A stretch of 63,780 nt of DNA, counting the filler, from Octopus bimaculoides (taxonomy: Eukaryota): assembly GCF_001194135.2 (NCBI RefSeq). It is 4 parts of 4 records of this genome, joined end to end, with 100 filler letters (N's around TTAATTAATTAA, not from the genome) between each part and the next. Parts side by side here need not be neighbours in the genome. Positions count along the whole stretch, not along the records: positions 21,917 to 33,513 come from NC_068982.1; positions 33,614 to 62,493 come from NC_068983.1; 2 more parts are not named here. One strand, written 5' to 3'. This document shows, piece after piece, positions 26,910 through 38,280 of the stretch; within the stretch, counting starts at the first letter, position 1, and the number at the start of each line of letters is the position of its first letter. The position numbers and the translations under genes were made by a program. The notes under the pieces are model-generated. The model saw only the letters and a list, made by a program, of their open reading frames with translations. It ran no database searches and was not told where the DNA came from.

Positions 26910-28271
26910 CTAGCAGAAATACCCGGCTTTGCCCGGGTTAAAGAGAATAATGAAATCTAAAAACGCTGTCTAGACTACGCAACCCTCAACTGTTAGTAGC
27001 TACAATACCATATTTCTACATTAATAACTCTCCAATCCATGCCAGCATGGAACATAGACATTAAGTGGAATGCCAGTCTCTCATCTAGGAGGGCCTTGAA
27101 ATCAATGTTACCAACTGGGGACTATGTGTGTCGCAGTGATAATAAAAAGACCCAAAGGAGGTCTGCAACGAAATAATTTTACTCAACACTTTGCAAGTGA
27201 ATCAGTGGAGGCAAAGATGCGTCTCATNNNNNNNNNNNNNNNNNNNNNNNNNNNNNNNNNNNNNNNNNNNNNNNNNNNNNNNNNNNNNNNNNNNNNNNNN
27301 NNNNNNNNNNNNNNNNNNNNNNNNNNNNNNNNNNNNNNNNNNNNNNNNNNNNNNNNNNNNNNNNNNNNNNNNNNNNNNNNNNNNNNNNNNNNNNNNNNNN
27401 NNNNNNNNNNNNNNNNNNNNNNNNNNNNNNNNNNNNNNNNNNNNNNNNNNNNNNNNNNNNNNNNNNNNNNNNNNNNNNNNNNNNNNNNNNNNNNNNNNNN
27501 NNNNNNNNNNNNNNNNNNNNNNNNNNNNNNNNNNNNNNNNNNNNNNNNNNNNNNNNNNNNNNNNNNNNNNNNNNNNNNNNNNNNNNNNNNNNNNNNNNNN
27601 NNNNNNNNNNNNNNNNNNNNNNNNNNNNNNNNNNNNNNNNNNNNNNNNNNNNNNNNNNNNNNNNNNNNNNNNNNNNNNNNNNNNNNNNNNNNNNNNNNNN
27701 NNNNNNNNNNNNNNNNNNNNNNNNNNNNNNNNNNNNNNNNNNNNNNNNNNNNNNNNNNNNNNNNNNNNNNNNNNNNNNNNNNNNNNNNNNNNNNNNNNNN
27801 NNNNNNNNNNNNNNNNNNNNNNNNNNNNNNNNNNNNNNNNNNNNNNNNNNNNNNNNNNNNNNNNNNNNNNNNNNNNNNNNNNNNNNNNNNNNNNNNNNNN
27901 NNNNNNNNNNNNNNNNNNNNNNNNNNNNNNNNNNNNNNNNCTCTCTCTCTCTCTGAAAGTATCTGTCATTACAGTATCAAAATGTGATTGTTTCAGTTAG
28001 TAGAATAGTTTCATTTTTAAAGTGAAAGTATTTGACATGAGTGTTTTTGTTTTACTTTTGACACATAATACTTAAATAGTGGAGGAGATATTATGTTGCC
28101 GTGGGCTCGAACTCTGCAAGAAGTTAAAAATTTTTTTGACTAAAACACAACTGGAACCCTAAGTAAGGCATCTGTAAAATTTGAATGAAATTGGTTGCGT
28201 ATTTCTCGAGTTTTAGGGATTCACACACACACACACAGACAGACACACATTCTCATTTTTATATATATAGA
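26910..28271 (-). mobile_element. Non-autonomous Helitron (spans the N gap)
   Basis: Minus-strand 5' end A|TCTATATATATAAAA at 28271 and 3' end CTAG|T at 26913-26910, preceded by hairpin ACCCGG-CTTTGC-CCGGGT (26921-26938); internal (ACAG/AC)n. That both ends belong to one insertion is inferred across the gap. Confidence 0.7.
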
Positions 28272-28537
28272 TGGCAGTAAGTCTGCCTTCTTTTCAATCC
28301 TTACAGGGCTTCTCTTATGAGGAACATAATTCTAGAACCCTGTTTTAGAAATAAAGGCTATGGGTTCAATTTTAGATAAAGCAGGAGTTGAAAATATAAC
28401 ATGGCAAAACAATGAAGAGAAACATTGATTCAAGTAATGAGGATGTGAAAAACCTATTTTTTAGTAATTTAATCTTAAATAGACATGTAATATGTAAATG
28501 TTGATTTATTATTGAAATATTATTTTATTACTTTTAG

Positions 28538-29524
28538 TTCTTGGACTTTCTAGAAGATCATCTTGAAGAAAACAAAGAATTGATATCATTTGTGAAAAAG
28601 CGATATGATGAATGCAGTGACTCCTTCCGTTTTTCCAAGGACTTCTTGGAGTTGACAGCAAATATACAGTCGAAAATTGAGGCTGAGAAACATCGAATAT
28701 TTGTACATCTTAAAAACTTCTTAGCAGAATTGAAATCCTACCGAGTTACTACTGCTCCAAATAATAAACGCAAACTAGTGGACAATGTCTGTGAGGGGAC
28801 TAATAAAAAACAATGTGTTAACAATTCATGTTCAGATCTCAGTTCTGACTCTGACTTTTTTAAGAAAAATAACACAAAGCAGGTCAATGAAGATAGCAAT
28901 AGAAAGAGTGAAAAAATTGAAACAGAAGAAAAAATTGAAACAGAAGAAAAAAATGAAGACAGTTGTGGTAAAGGAGAATCAGTATCCTGTGAGAAAGATG
29001 ATCAAGTATGTGGTGAAGGAGAATCAGTATCCTGTGAGAAAGATGATCAAGTATCTCCCATTGTAGAAGAATCACTCTCAAATGATTCTATTCAATCAGA
29101 GTTTAAATCATCTGATTCTTCAGACTTTCCTACCTATTTTTCTGGTGAGCGGTTTGATAAACAAAAATCTCCATCTGTTGATTTGATATCATTGGATTCC
29201 AAGAGTCCTTGTCCAGCATCATCCAGTAATCATGAAAGTGTTTCTGGTGTCAACAAACATACTTCATCTAGCACTGTGTTATTGAACTGCAAGGAGTCAT
29301 CAAGTCTTGATGTAGCTTCTGACAGTGCACTAGATTCTAAGGCTGAAGATGTGGACAGTGATAGAGAAAAGGAGGCAGAGGAAAGCAAACAGAATTGTTT
29401 AGATCTGGCATCGCCTTCCCCTAACACTCTTGAGGAAAGTGCAAGTAACTTAAGTGAGACAACAGAAAAGAAAAAGAAAAAAGGATCTGAAAGGCAAATA
29501 AAACGATTAGAAAAACTTCTTGCT
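28538..29524 (+). CDS. DAXX: DAXX (death domain-associated protein 6) coding exon: N-terminal helical bundle, long acidic/Ser-rich linker, start of histone-binding domain
   Basis: Acceptor ttattacttttAG at 28536-37, open frame of 329 codons, donor GTAAGT at 29525 (phase 0). FLDFLEDHLEENKELISFVKKRYDECSDSFRFSKDFLELTANIQSKIEAEKHRIFVHLKNFLAELKSYR aligns by eye to the DAXX helical bundle (human FLELCKMQTADHPEVVPFLYNRQQRAHSLFLASAEF...KLYVYINELCTVLKAH). The end GSERQIKRLEKLLA matches human GSRRQIQRLEQLLA. The upstream start-codon exon was not identified. Confidence 0.93.
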
Positions 29525-29590
29525 GTAAGTATTTCTGAATAACTCTTATGTAAATATATGCTGTGCTTCAATGGTGTTGTATGATTATAT

Positions 29591-29622
<32 letters not shown>

Positions 29623-30444
29623 TGAGCTGGGTGTAAGTCTGTTAATCATTAATTAACAAAGTTAACATTTTCATTTACTATTTAACTTTAAAGTTAATTT
29701 TGAAAATCATTATCAGACTAATTAACTTGTTACATTTAGTTTCCATTAACTCAAGTCCATTAACCCAAAAATTTCATAAAAACTGGTAAACGTTTAAAAG
29801 TTTCTATTGTTTTCAGATTGTCTTAGCTTATTTAATATTGTACACGTCATTCTTTCAACGCTGATATAACGCCACTTATTATTATAAATAACTTGTAGGA
29901 CCTCGTTTGGCCCTGCCTGGATATGAAACCAAATCCACCTGCTTGTTGCTTACAAAGACAACGGGAAATTTCTTTATATCTACAGGATATAAGCAATTAT
30001 TTGGTGAAAGTTTCATTAAAATGTATCCATTTTTCTGGAAGTTATGAGGCAGCAAATTCAGTGGGGTATTAAACTATAGTTGTGCTTTTTTTCAATAAAT
30101 GTTAATGTTAACTTCCATTACATTTTCAAAGAATTAATGATTAAGGAAGTTAACTTTTTGGTCAATGGATTAATGATTAACGAAAGACAGACTTTATGGC
30201 TTGGTTTATATAGTCTTGGGTATTCTGTAATTGTCTTATCTGCTTATAACAATTACTAAAAGTATAATTAACATGAAGTCATAGGAATCTCTTGCTCATG
30301 CCTATTGACCTGTAATGGGAGCAATTCATTAATTATTATGAAAGGTAGATAAATGACTGTTAGCTGACTGACATGAAATACCTATGGTTTGATTTTCCCA
30401 AACATGAAATAATATCATTATGTATGTTTAAAAACGGTTTGGCC

Positions 30445-30612
30445 TAATTCCTGCAATTGTAATTCCATGGATTACTATATATGTGGTGCTGATGAGAAAG
30501 ACACCAAAAGCTGGTGGAGGTGTTCAAAGATCTTCCCAGGGACACTGAGGAACGCATGTGCCAGATTCCACAGCTGTCTTGAGGTTGTAGTGGAAGCTGA
30601 GGGCAGCAAGTA
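30445..30612 (+). mobile_element. Tc1/mariner transposase C-terminal remnant
   Basis: NSCNCNSMDYYICGADEKDT...VFKDLPRD-LRNACARFHSCLEVVVEAEG resembles PNSPDLNPMDYYVWG...ACARFRSRLEAVVEAEG. Confidence 0.7.
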
Positions 30613-31511
30613 AACTGCTGTCTTTCAGGCATAATCTAGTTTATATTTTTTGATTTTTAAAAAACTTTAATTTTTGGATGGGATATTGTGTGTACTTTTC
30701 CTATTATGCAAACTGTCTAATTTAGCCCAACCATCCTATGTGTGTGTGTGTGTGTATTTGTATGTATTTATTACCCACGAAACAGCCTATTGTATTTTAT
30801 ATGTGTTTGTCTTTCACATGTGTCTGAGTGTTATGTTAGTGCATGTTACATTTTATTGTCTCTCTTTTATAAATGGGAAGAAATTATTTTTCTTTTAAGA
30901 TATAGAGCAAAATTCTTCTGTTAAGGGATCTGGGGCACTAATATAATGGAATTGCTTTGTCAAGGGCTTGTGTTTAGGTGTACATCAGCAGAAATCCTTT
31001 TTGCACTACAAGGGACTATTGTTTTCACAAAATTTAAGGTACATACAAACAGATAAAGAGATTCCGAATGTTAGTATTATATAGATTGTAAGAGAAATAG
31101 ATAGGTTGAATATATTATAGGTATTTGTGTGTCAATGTTTGAAAGAAAGGTTATTCTGCAAGTTACTATACAATGTAGAAATTTATAATATATACTATGT
31201 ACAAAAAAGTTGGTAATAACTGATGCAAAAGTAGAGTAAAAATGACTTGAAATTAAAGTACTGGGTATAAATTGACTTATTAAGAGATGACACATGACTA
31301 AAACAATGGCATGGGGATACTTTCAAATATATGACACTGTAGAAACACAAAAAGAAAGCACAGAGGCTATTTTCCACAGAAAAAATGGTTGTTATTAGGG
31401 AAGTTGATATTACAGTTAACCATATTACCATGTCAATCAGTAGTGTAATGGTTTGAACTGATGACTGTGTGATTCATCGAAGATAAGTCTAGTTTGTATT
31501 GTGTTTTTCAC

Positions 31512-31975
31512 CACCATCATCATCATCATCCTTTAACATCCATCTTCCATGCTGGCATGGGTTGGATGGTTTGACCAGGGCTGGCAAGCTGCACCAGGTT
31601 CCAGACTGATTTGGCTTGATTTCTACAGCCGGATACCCTTCCTAATGCCAACCACTTTACAGTTTGTGCTAGGTGCTTCTAATGTGGCATCATCATCAGC
31701 ATCGTTTAACGTCCGCTTTCCATGCTGGCATGGGTTGGACGGTTTGACTGAGGACTGGTGAGACAGAGGCTGCACCAGGCTCAATCTGATGTAGCAAAGT
31801 TTCTACAACTGGATGCCCTTCCTAATGCCAACCACTCCGAGAGTGTAGTGGGTGCTTTTACATGCCACCGGCATGAGGGCCAGTTAGGCGATTCTGGCAA
31901 CAATCATGCTCAAAAGGTGTTTTTACGTGCTACCTGCACGGGAGCCAGTCCAGCGGCACTGGCAACGACCATGGG
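31512..31975 (-). mobile_element. Two RTE-related SINE 3' fragments with (CAT)n tails
   Basis: Reverse complement of the 25545-25911 family (catcatcatc..tttaac.tcc..tttccatgctggcatgggttgga...ggatgcccttcctaatgccaacc). Confidence 0.85.
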
Positions 31976-32408
31976 CATTTGTACTTAATTGTATTTGTTA
32001 AAAGGCTTCGTAATTCAAAGCCTACCATGTGTACATCAGAAATTGTAGATGGAAATATATGCAATGCATTTGATGGAATTTAATTGAAGATCAGTAAAGA
32101 TGTCAAAATCATTAATTAAATGGAAAACAATCAACTGTTCTATTGAGAGTATTATGTTTGGTGTAACAAATTTAAAAATGGAAACTAAATAACTGATACA
32201 CTATATTTAACCCTTTAATTTTTAAACTGGTCATATCCAGCTAAAATATTCTTCCTGTTTTATGTTCAAATTGATCAAATCTGGCCTCTCACACGTATCC
32301 AATAATGTCATTCTAATGATAGACATTATAAACTATGTGATTATGCATGAATAATTTAAAACAATATGAATATATAAGCATTACATTTGCCAGAGTAATA
32401 TAGATATT

Positions 32409-32630
32409 CTTTTCTACTCCTGGCACAAGGCCCGAAATTTTTTGGGGGGGGCCAGTTGATTAGATCAACTCCAGTGTGCAACTGGTACTTAATTTATTGA
32501 CCCCCGAAAGGATGAAAGGCAAAGTGGACCTCAGTGGAATTTGAACTCAGAATGTATGTGAATGTAAAGACAGATGAAATACCGCTAAGCATTTTGCCCA
32601 GTGTGCTAACATTTCTGCTAACTTGCCACC
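32409..32630 (-). mobile_element. SINE (gaaaggatgaaaggcaaag family), heavily CpG-decayed
   Basis: Aligns to the copies at 47310 and 61202 but with CG replaced by TG/CA at most sites. Confidence 0.9.
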
Positions 32631-32783
32631 CTAGAATAATCTAAATATTAAAGAATTAATATATTAATAATAACATGTTGATATTTTTTCTTTTTGAGTA
32701 ATTGTTTTAAAATTTTATCATGTTAAGTTTGCTATTTCTTTCTTTTTTTTTCTTTTTAATATACCTCTATTTTATTAATAAAG

Positions 32784-32976
32784 GAAATCAACAAAGAAAT
32801 TGAGACAGTAAATGAAAAGGAACTTGATCTCGAAGAAATGGAAAATGATGATTCAGCCTATCTTTATGAAGATCGATTGCAGAAAAAGTTTGTGAAAGTT
32901 TGGGAAAAGTTATGTGAACTTAAAAATCAAGATACTAAAACTGGGCGCCCAATTGAAAGAAAATTTCATTATAATG
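32784..32976 (+). CDS. DAXX: DAXX coding exon (histone H3.3/H4-binding domain, first half)
   Basis: In frame with the previous exon (phase 0): EINKEIETVNEKELDLEEMENDDSAYLYEDRLQKKFVKVWEKLCELKNQDTKTGRPIERKFHYN(G), matching human LYVAEIRRLQEKELDLSELDDPDSAYLQEARLKRKLIRLFGRLCELKDCSSLTGRVIEQRIPYRG without gaps. AAG acceptor at 32781-83; GTATGT donor at 32977 (phase 1). Confidence 0.93.
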
Positions 32977-33014
32977 GTATGTTAATCTTTTTTATATTTT
33001 TCAGTTTATATATT

Positions 33015-33165
33015 TCTATATATATAAAACTGAGTGTCTGTCTGTATGTGTGCATCACTAAAACTCAAGAACTACCTGACCATTTTCATTCAAATTTTAC
33101 ACGTCATGGGCCAAAAAAATTTTCAACTTCTTGCCTAATGCGAGCCTGGAGTAATCTCTTACACT
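33015..33165 (+). mobile_element. Non-autonomous Helitron 5' fragment
   Basis: TCTATATATATAAAACTGAG...caattttcattcaaattttaca...aacttcttgc is the reverse complement of 28090-28271. Confidence 0.7.
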
Positions 33166-33203
33166 ATTTCAGTTTTAATAGTCAAACTATTAATACTTTC
33201 ACT

Positions 33204-33246
<43 letters not shown>

Positions 33247-33513
33247 CTAGCAGTATAGCCCGGCGCTGCTCGGGATTAAGCTAGGATTATTAAGTGATCA
33301 AGTGCTTTATTTCAAACCAAAATAAGTAACATGGACATCAGATTTGAGCGAAATCCGTTGAAATTGGTTTGGCTGAAAATGGTTTGCTGGTAATTTGATT
33401 GGGAAATCCCATAAGGAATCAGTTTATTGGTTATTTCCACTCATTGACTGTTTTTTTTTTAAAGTTGCATTAGAGATCTGCATAGGAAAAGGTTGATCTG
33501 AAGGTTTGCATTG
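33247..33513 (-). mobile_element. Non-autonomous Helitron 3' end
   Basis: ACTAGCAGTATAGCCCGGCGCTGCTCGGG: CTAG terminus plus subterminal hairpin, same family as 26910; runs into the join. Confidence 0.65.
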
Positions 33514-33613
33514 NNNNNNNNNNNNNNNNNNNNNNNNNNNNNNNNNNNNNNNNNNNNTTAATTAATTAANNNNNNNNNNNNNNNNNNNNNNNNNNNNNNN
33601 NNNNNNNNNNNNN
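33514..33613. other. Artificial scaffold join (44 N + TTAATTAATTAA + 44 N)
   Basis: Same 100-bp linker; spacer at 33558-33569. Confidence 0.95.
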
Positions 33614-33654
<41 letters not shown>

Positions 33655-33727
33655 CAATACATATATATATATATATCGATAGCCACTACACATTCCTTTT
33701 TTTCTCTCCTTGTTTCTTTTTGTGTTC

Positions 33728-33763
33728 CTTTCTGTGGAAGAGCGTAGGCTCGAAACGTTAAAG
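33728..33763 (+). ncRNA. Minimal type I hammerhead-like motif (Penelope-type), core variant
   Basis: cttt CTGTGGA A gagc gtag gctc GAAA cgt T aaag: stem I cttt/aaag, stem II gagc/gctc, palindromic ACGT stem III, GUU site. Core position 6 is U rather than A. Confidence 0.6.
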
Positions 33764-34636
33764 ACTTTTTTCTCTTCCCGAGCGTTATACTAATACACCT
33801 GTTTGTTGTCTAGACCACCTGTCTTCGTCTTTTGGTATTTTTTTGTGAATTCTCCCTATGTACATGCGCGCATGTGTGTATAATCACCTAATTTATTGGC
33901 TGTTAAGCTATATATGTTACACATACAGGCTAGATATTTGGGCTGCTAGGTTAGGCGTCAAAATAAACTCTTAGCTTAGGTTGATACGTGCTTTCGAACG
34001 AAAATCATGGCGTTCTATTGAGTTATCTCGAATTCTTCTTAACTTGAAATGTTGTACAAGTGCCTGTGAAAGACGAATTATTTCTTGTGACATTGCTCAC
34101 CTGTCTTTCACTCATTTGATAAAATATTCAATCATCAAAAATAATTTTCTTCTTATCTGCCTTGGCACGTCTCATCTTATTATACAGTCACATCATCTGT
34201 ATTGCAACTGTTAAAGCCGCCTTAGAAATAATTGTTCGTCCGCTATTAAGTTTGAAATAAATCACTGTTTTGTTCGATAAAAAAATTTCAGGTAGACGTT
34301 AATAGCTGGAATAGAAATAGGACTACTAACCGCTTCATCAAGAATATCAACATTTTGTGGCAACATTTGGGTGACTTGCTTACGAATTTAAAGTACATAT
34401 ATANNNNNNNNNNNNNNNNNNNNNNNNNNNNNNNNNNNNNNNNNNNNNNNNNNNNNNNNNNNNNNNNNNNNNNNNNNNNNNNNNNNNNNNNNNNNNNNNN
34501 NNNNNNNNNNNNNNNNNNNNNNNNNNNNNNNNNNNNNNNNNNNNNNNNNNNNNNNNNNNNNNNNNNNNNNNNNNNNNNNNNNNNNNNNNNNNNNNNNNNN
34601 NNNNNNNNNNNNNNNNNNNNNNNNNNNNATATATAT

Positions 34637-34671
<35 letters not shown>

Positions 34672-34773
34672 AATATATATGTATGTGTGTGTGTATGTAT
34701 ATATATCTATATATATGCATATATGTGTGTATATGTATATATATGTATGTATATAAAATTTGCTTGTATATGT

Positions 34774-34806
<33 letters not shown>

Positions 34807-34807
34807 T

Positions 34808-35190
34808 GCTTGGTGATATCTGCTCAGAGGTCTACGCAAAATTTTCAAAACGTTTTCAGTTTTCGACAGAATCATGGTCTTGTGCAACTGAAACCTGAGT
34901 GTCACCTTCAGTGATAATAGACTGAACTGAACCGTAACTAATCTATACATCCTCTGATAACCCACGGATGATGGTTCGAAGATGTCCCCTCAGAGCTGCA
35001 CGCACATTTTGCGATATTATTCTCATCTCTGCTGGTTGCCGGTCTCCCAAATTGTCAATATCGACATTTATTCGATCATGTTGGAAACGTCTGAACCACT
35101 GGCACACTTGTGTGCGGCTCATACAGTCCTCCCCATACACTTTCTACAATTTTGTTTAAGCCTCTGAATAGGTATCGCCACAACTTTCAA
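34808..35190 (-). mobile_element. Mariner transposase N-terminal remnant
   Basis: VYGEDCMSRTQVCQWFRRFQHDR...RAALRGHLRTIIRGLSEDV, then GDTQVSVAQDHDSVEN...FCVDL, typical of the mariner HTH and linker. Confidence 0.8.
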
Positions 35191-35397
35191 TGTCATAGTC
35201 AATGCCACAATCCCAGGCTACACACCTTCTTTCCAAGCACTGCTGTAAACAGCGGAAGTGAGCTAGAACGTCAAAACTTATTACACATAGACAACAGAGG
35301 TCAAGATTAATCAGTGTCAAGCGGCTCCAATTTGCGTATTTTATCTTCGTTACTAAGCTACTAGTGTGTATACCTACTGACCACCACCACTAAAACC

Positions 35398-36250
35398 AAC
35401 CCTATGGCTGCAATGTTTTGATGATACCTTTATACTCTGGCCCCACCAGGAAGATGTCCAAGTACTGTTAGATCATGTGAACTCAATAAGACCATCCATA
35501 CAGTTCACAATAGAAAAGGAAAAAACAATCAGTTAGCATTCCTGGACGTATTAATAACACGCACCAAGTTTGGATCCAGGACATCCGTATACCGCAAGCC
35601 AACATTTACTGGACGATACATCAACTTCAATTCCCACTATCCATACAGTGTAAAGAGAGAGATTGCTCAGTGCCTGACACAGCGAACAAAGTATATAAGT
35701 AACGATCCTGATACACACCACGAAGAAATAATCGAGCTAAGTAACAATCTATTAAGCATCAATTACCTCAAAAACATATCATCCACTCCAATTATGAAGA
35801 GAAGAGAGGGTGAAACCCATAAACTGACCACAGTCACTCTACCATAAGTAAAAGGCCTATCCGAAAAGATTCAAAAGATATGCGGCCCACATGACATCAG
35901 GACAGTATTCAAGAGTAATATAACACTTCGCAAATATCTCCTTCGAGTAAAACCAGCAATAGAAGAGAATATGACCAAAGACTGCGTGTACTCCATCCCA
36001 TGCAGCTGTGGTAGGTTATACTAAGTCGACACATGCCACCCCATCAAAATAAGAGTAGAGGAACATTGCAAAGCAGTGACACGAGGAGATATTGATAAAT
36101 AGGGTATAGCTGATCATGTAAGAAAAAAACGGAGACGACCTCTCCTTGTGGGATGAAATTAGAATAATAGACAGAGAACACTACTGGAAAATACGAAAAC
36201 TAAAAGAGGCAGCACATATGCTAGGACATAATGACTTCCTAAGCAGATGT
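35398..36250 (+). mobile_element. Penelope-like retroelement, 5'-truncated RT-end + GIY-YIG endonuclease pseudogene
   Basis: FDDTFILWPHQEDVQVLLDHVNSIRPSIQFTIEKE...LAFLDVLI...SVYRKPTFTGRYINFNSHYP...LP*VKGLSEKIQKI...CVYSIPCSCGRLY...KIRVEEH...IADHV...RKLKEAAHM; frameshifts and stops. Confidence 0.92.
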
Positions 36251-36347
36251 AGTGCAGTTATGACTAGCGTAGCATAAGAGAACCGGTATTAAGGATGGAT
36301 AGAAAAATATTAGATTTATAAGCCCTAAAAGTCACACCATAGTTGCC

Positions 36348-36422
36348 TACGAGCATATGGCGCAGCGGTTAAGAGAGCGGGCTACTAAATACAAGATTTC
36401 GAGTTCGATTCCAGGCACTGAT
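36348..36422 (+). mobile_element. tRNA-derived SINE head (not an intact tRNA)
   Basis: atggcgcagcggttaagagagcgggctac...ttcgagttcgattccaggc has A/B boxes but no acceptor stem pairing. Confidence 0.6.
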
Positions 36423-37759
36423 CAGAATAATAATAACGTTGGAGAAATAATTTATATATATATATATACTTTCCATGCATTTTAATTAAAATATCGTGAT
36501 TGTTTTTTTAATCTACAGGCATCTGAATACAGTTGACGTGTAATGTAAATATAATGACATGTTAATTGCACTAGACGTTTTCGAACTAGAGTATATCGGC
36601 ATTGAATATTTAGAGTTTGAAAAAAATGAAAATTAAGGAGATTGACTTCTGAGCCCACTAATTAACGTTTGAAATGCACATAGGTAATGCACATGATAAA
36701 TGCACATGATAAAGAATCCTACATTCTCAACCGAAGACACAGATACTGCAAATGTTGAGGTTAGCAACAACTTAACTCGCAACTGAATTAGATAGTCATT
36801 ATGGGAGAATAATGTATTTCACAAATTTTAGAATTGCAGTATATTATAGATGTCTATAATTGCATATTATTATAGATGTTTATGTTCCAAAGGACTAAAT
36901 TGCTAAATCTACTTTTGGTGCCTCTTACACTAGAGCAGAGAAAGGTTATGATTAAGCACTAGTTTTGATTTCATACGTCTTCGTTTTACTCCGTTACAAC
37001 TTGGATTTCTTTTCATCATTGAAATATGAAGTTCATGTGAAAAAATCGAATGGAATATATTTTGTATATGCTATAAAATACCTATAACACATGTCTATCA
37101 GTTACTTTATCTAAACATGTTACAACTATTTTCTATTCTTTAACTTTTCATATTTCTATTTTATTTTTATTTTTATGCCAAGTATGTCCCTTGAACACTG
37201 TCAAGTGACAGTTACGTTTGTTACCAATTCTGCCCCAAAATATATATAATCTTTACAAACATTTCGATATTCTCACTACATCTACATTTCCTTCTAGCTG
37301 TAAGTAAATTAATCATGTCGTGTACACACACACACACACATACACACACACACACATACCAAACAGACGCATCTACATACTTCAAGAAACAAAATCGCAG
37401 TTATCGATTCTCCAAGATAAAAATTGCATGCTTCCACCATCGCCATGGAGAAAATGCCTGTGAGATCTGCATACTAAGTTTCCGGGATAAATACCGTCAA
37501 TCGATAGAAAAAGGGAGCTTTCAAAGATATTTATCTAATAGGGGTTTTAAACTTTCTTTCTGATTACACTAACGTTCAGAAAAATTGTTGTAGTAGTGAT
37601 TATTTCATTAAAATGAATATATTATATATTAGAAGAGTTGTATATTTGGTTACATAATCCTTAAAATACATATATAGTACAAATATGGTGAGTTGGGCGC
37701 CAAGAGCGAAGTCGTTTGGGTGCATAAGCGAAGTCGTTTGGAAATCTCTCAAAGCTTAC

Positions 37760-38280
37760 TCGACCTCTACAACGGTAAAATTGAAGCTTTTTGGAGAGAC
37801 TACCCACAGGAATGAGACCTGGGTAATTCACTTTGGACCAGACACCAAAAAGCAAGTAGAAATGCCTGGACACACCAGCAAAAAAAGGAATTCAATACTC
37901 AAATTTTAGCAGAACATTCATGCTAACCATTTTGGGGGACGTTAAACAGTCTATATTGGAACGTTACCTGGAAAAGTAACCAACAGTCACCAGTGTAGCC
38001 TTTAGTGAAATGCTGGTCAACAAACTGAAAACAGTCATTTGTACCAAACGGTGGGGTTCATTGTCAAATCAAATGTTATTGTATTACAACAACGTAGGCC
38101 TACATACGACTTATTGGGTTTCGAAATGCTAGAACACCTTGCAAAGAGTCTAAATTTCGTCGGTGAAGACCATCACTTCTTTGGACTACTCAAATATTCT
38201 TTACAAAATCATAGTTTTGCTGTCTGTCACACCCAACCCTTCGACAGCAGGCGTTGTTTTGCTGCGTCTACGTAACTTAG
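37760..38280 (+). mobile_element. Mariner transposase catalytic-domain remnant
   Basis: FLERLPTG-ETWVIHFGPDTKKQ...MLTILGD...EMLVNKLKTVI...LGFEMLEHLAKS...DHHFFGLLK. Confidence 0.75.

Noticed and set aside
28413-28537. Possible DAXX start MKRNIDSSNEDVKNLF just upstream of the main exon
   Set aside because: The best donor (28464) is phase 1 while the exon is phase 0; the phase-0 alternative needs a weak donor and a 51-nt intron.
36348-36422. tRNA-like sequence
   Set aside because: A/B boxes are present but there is no cloverleaf acceptor stem; treated as a SINE head, not a tRNA gene.
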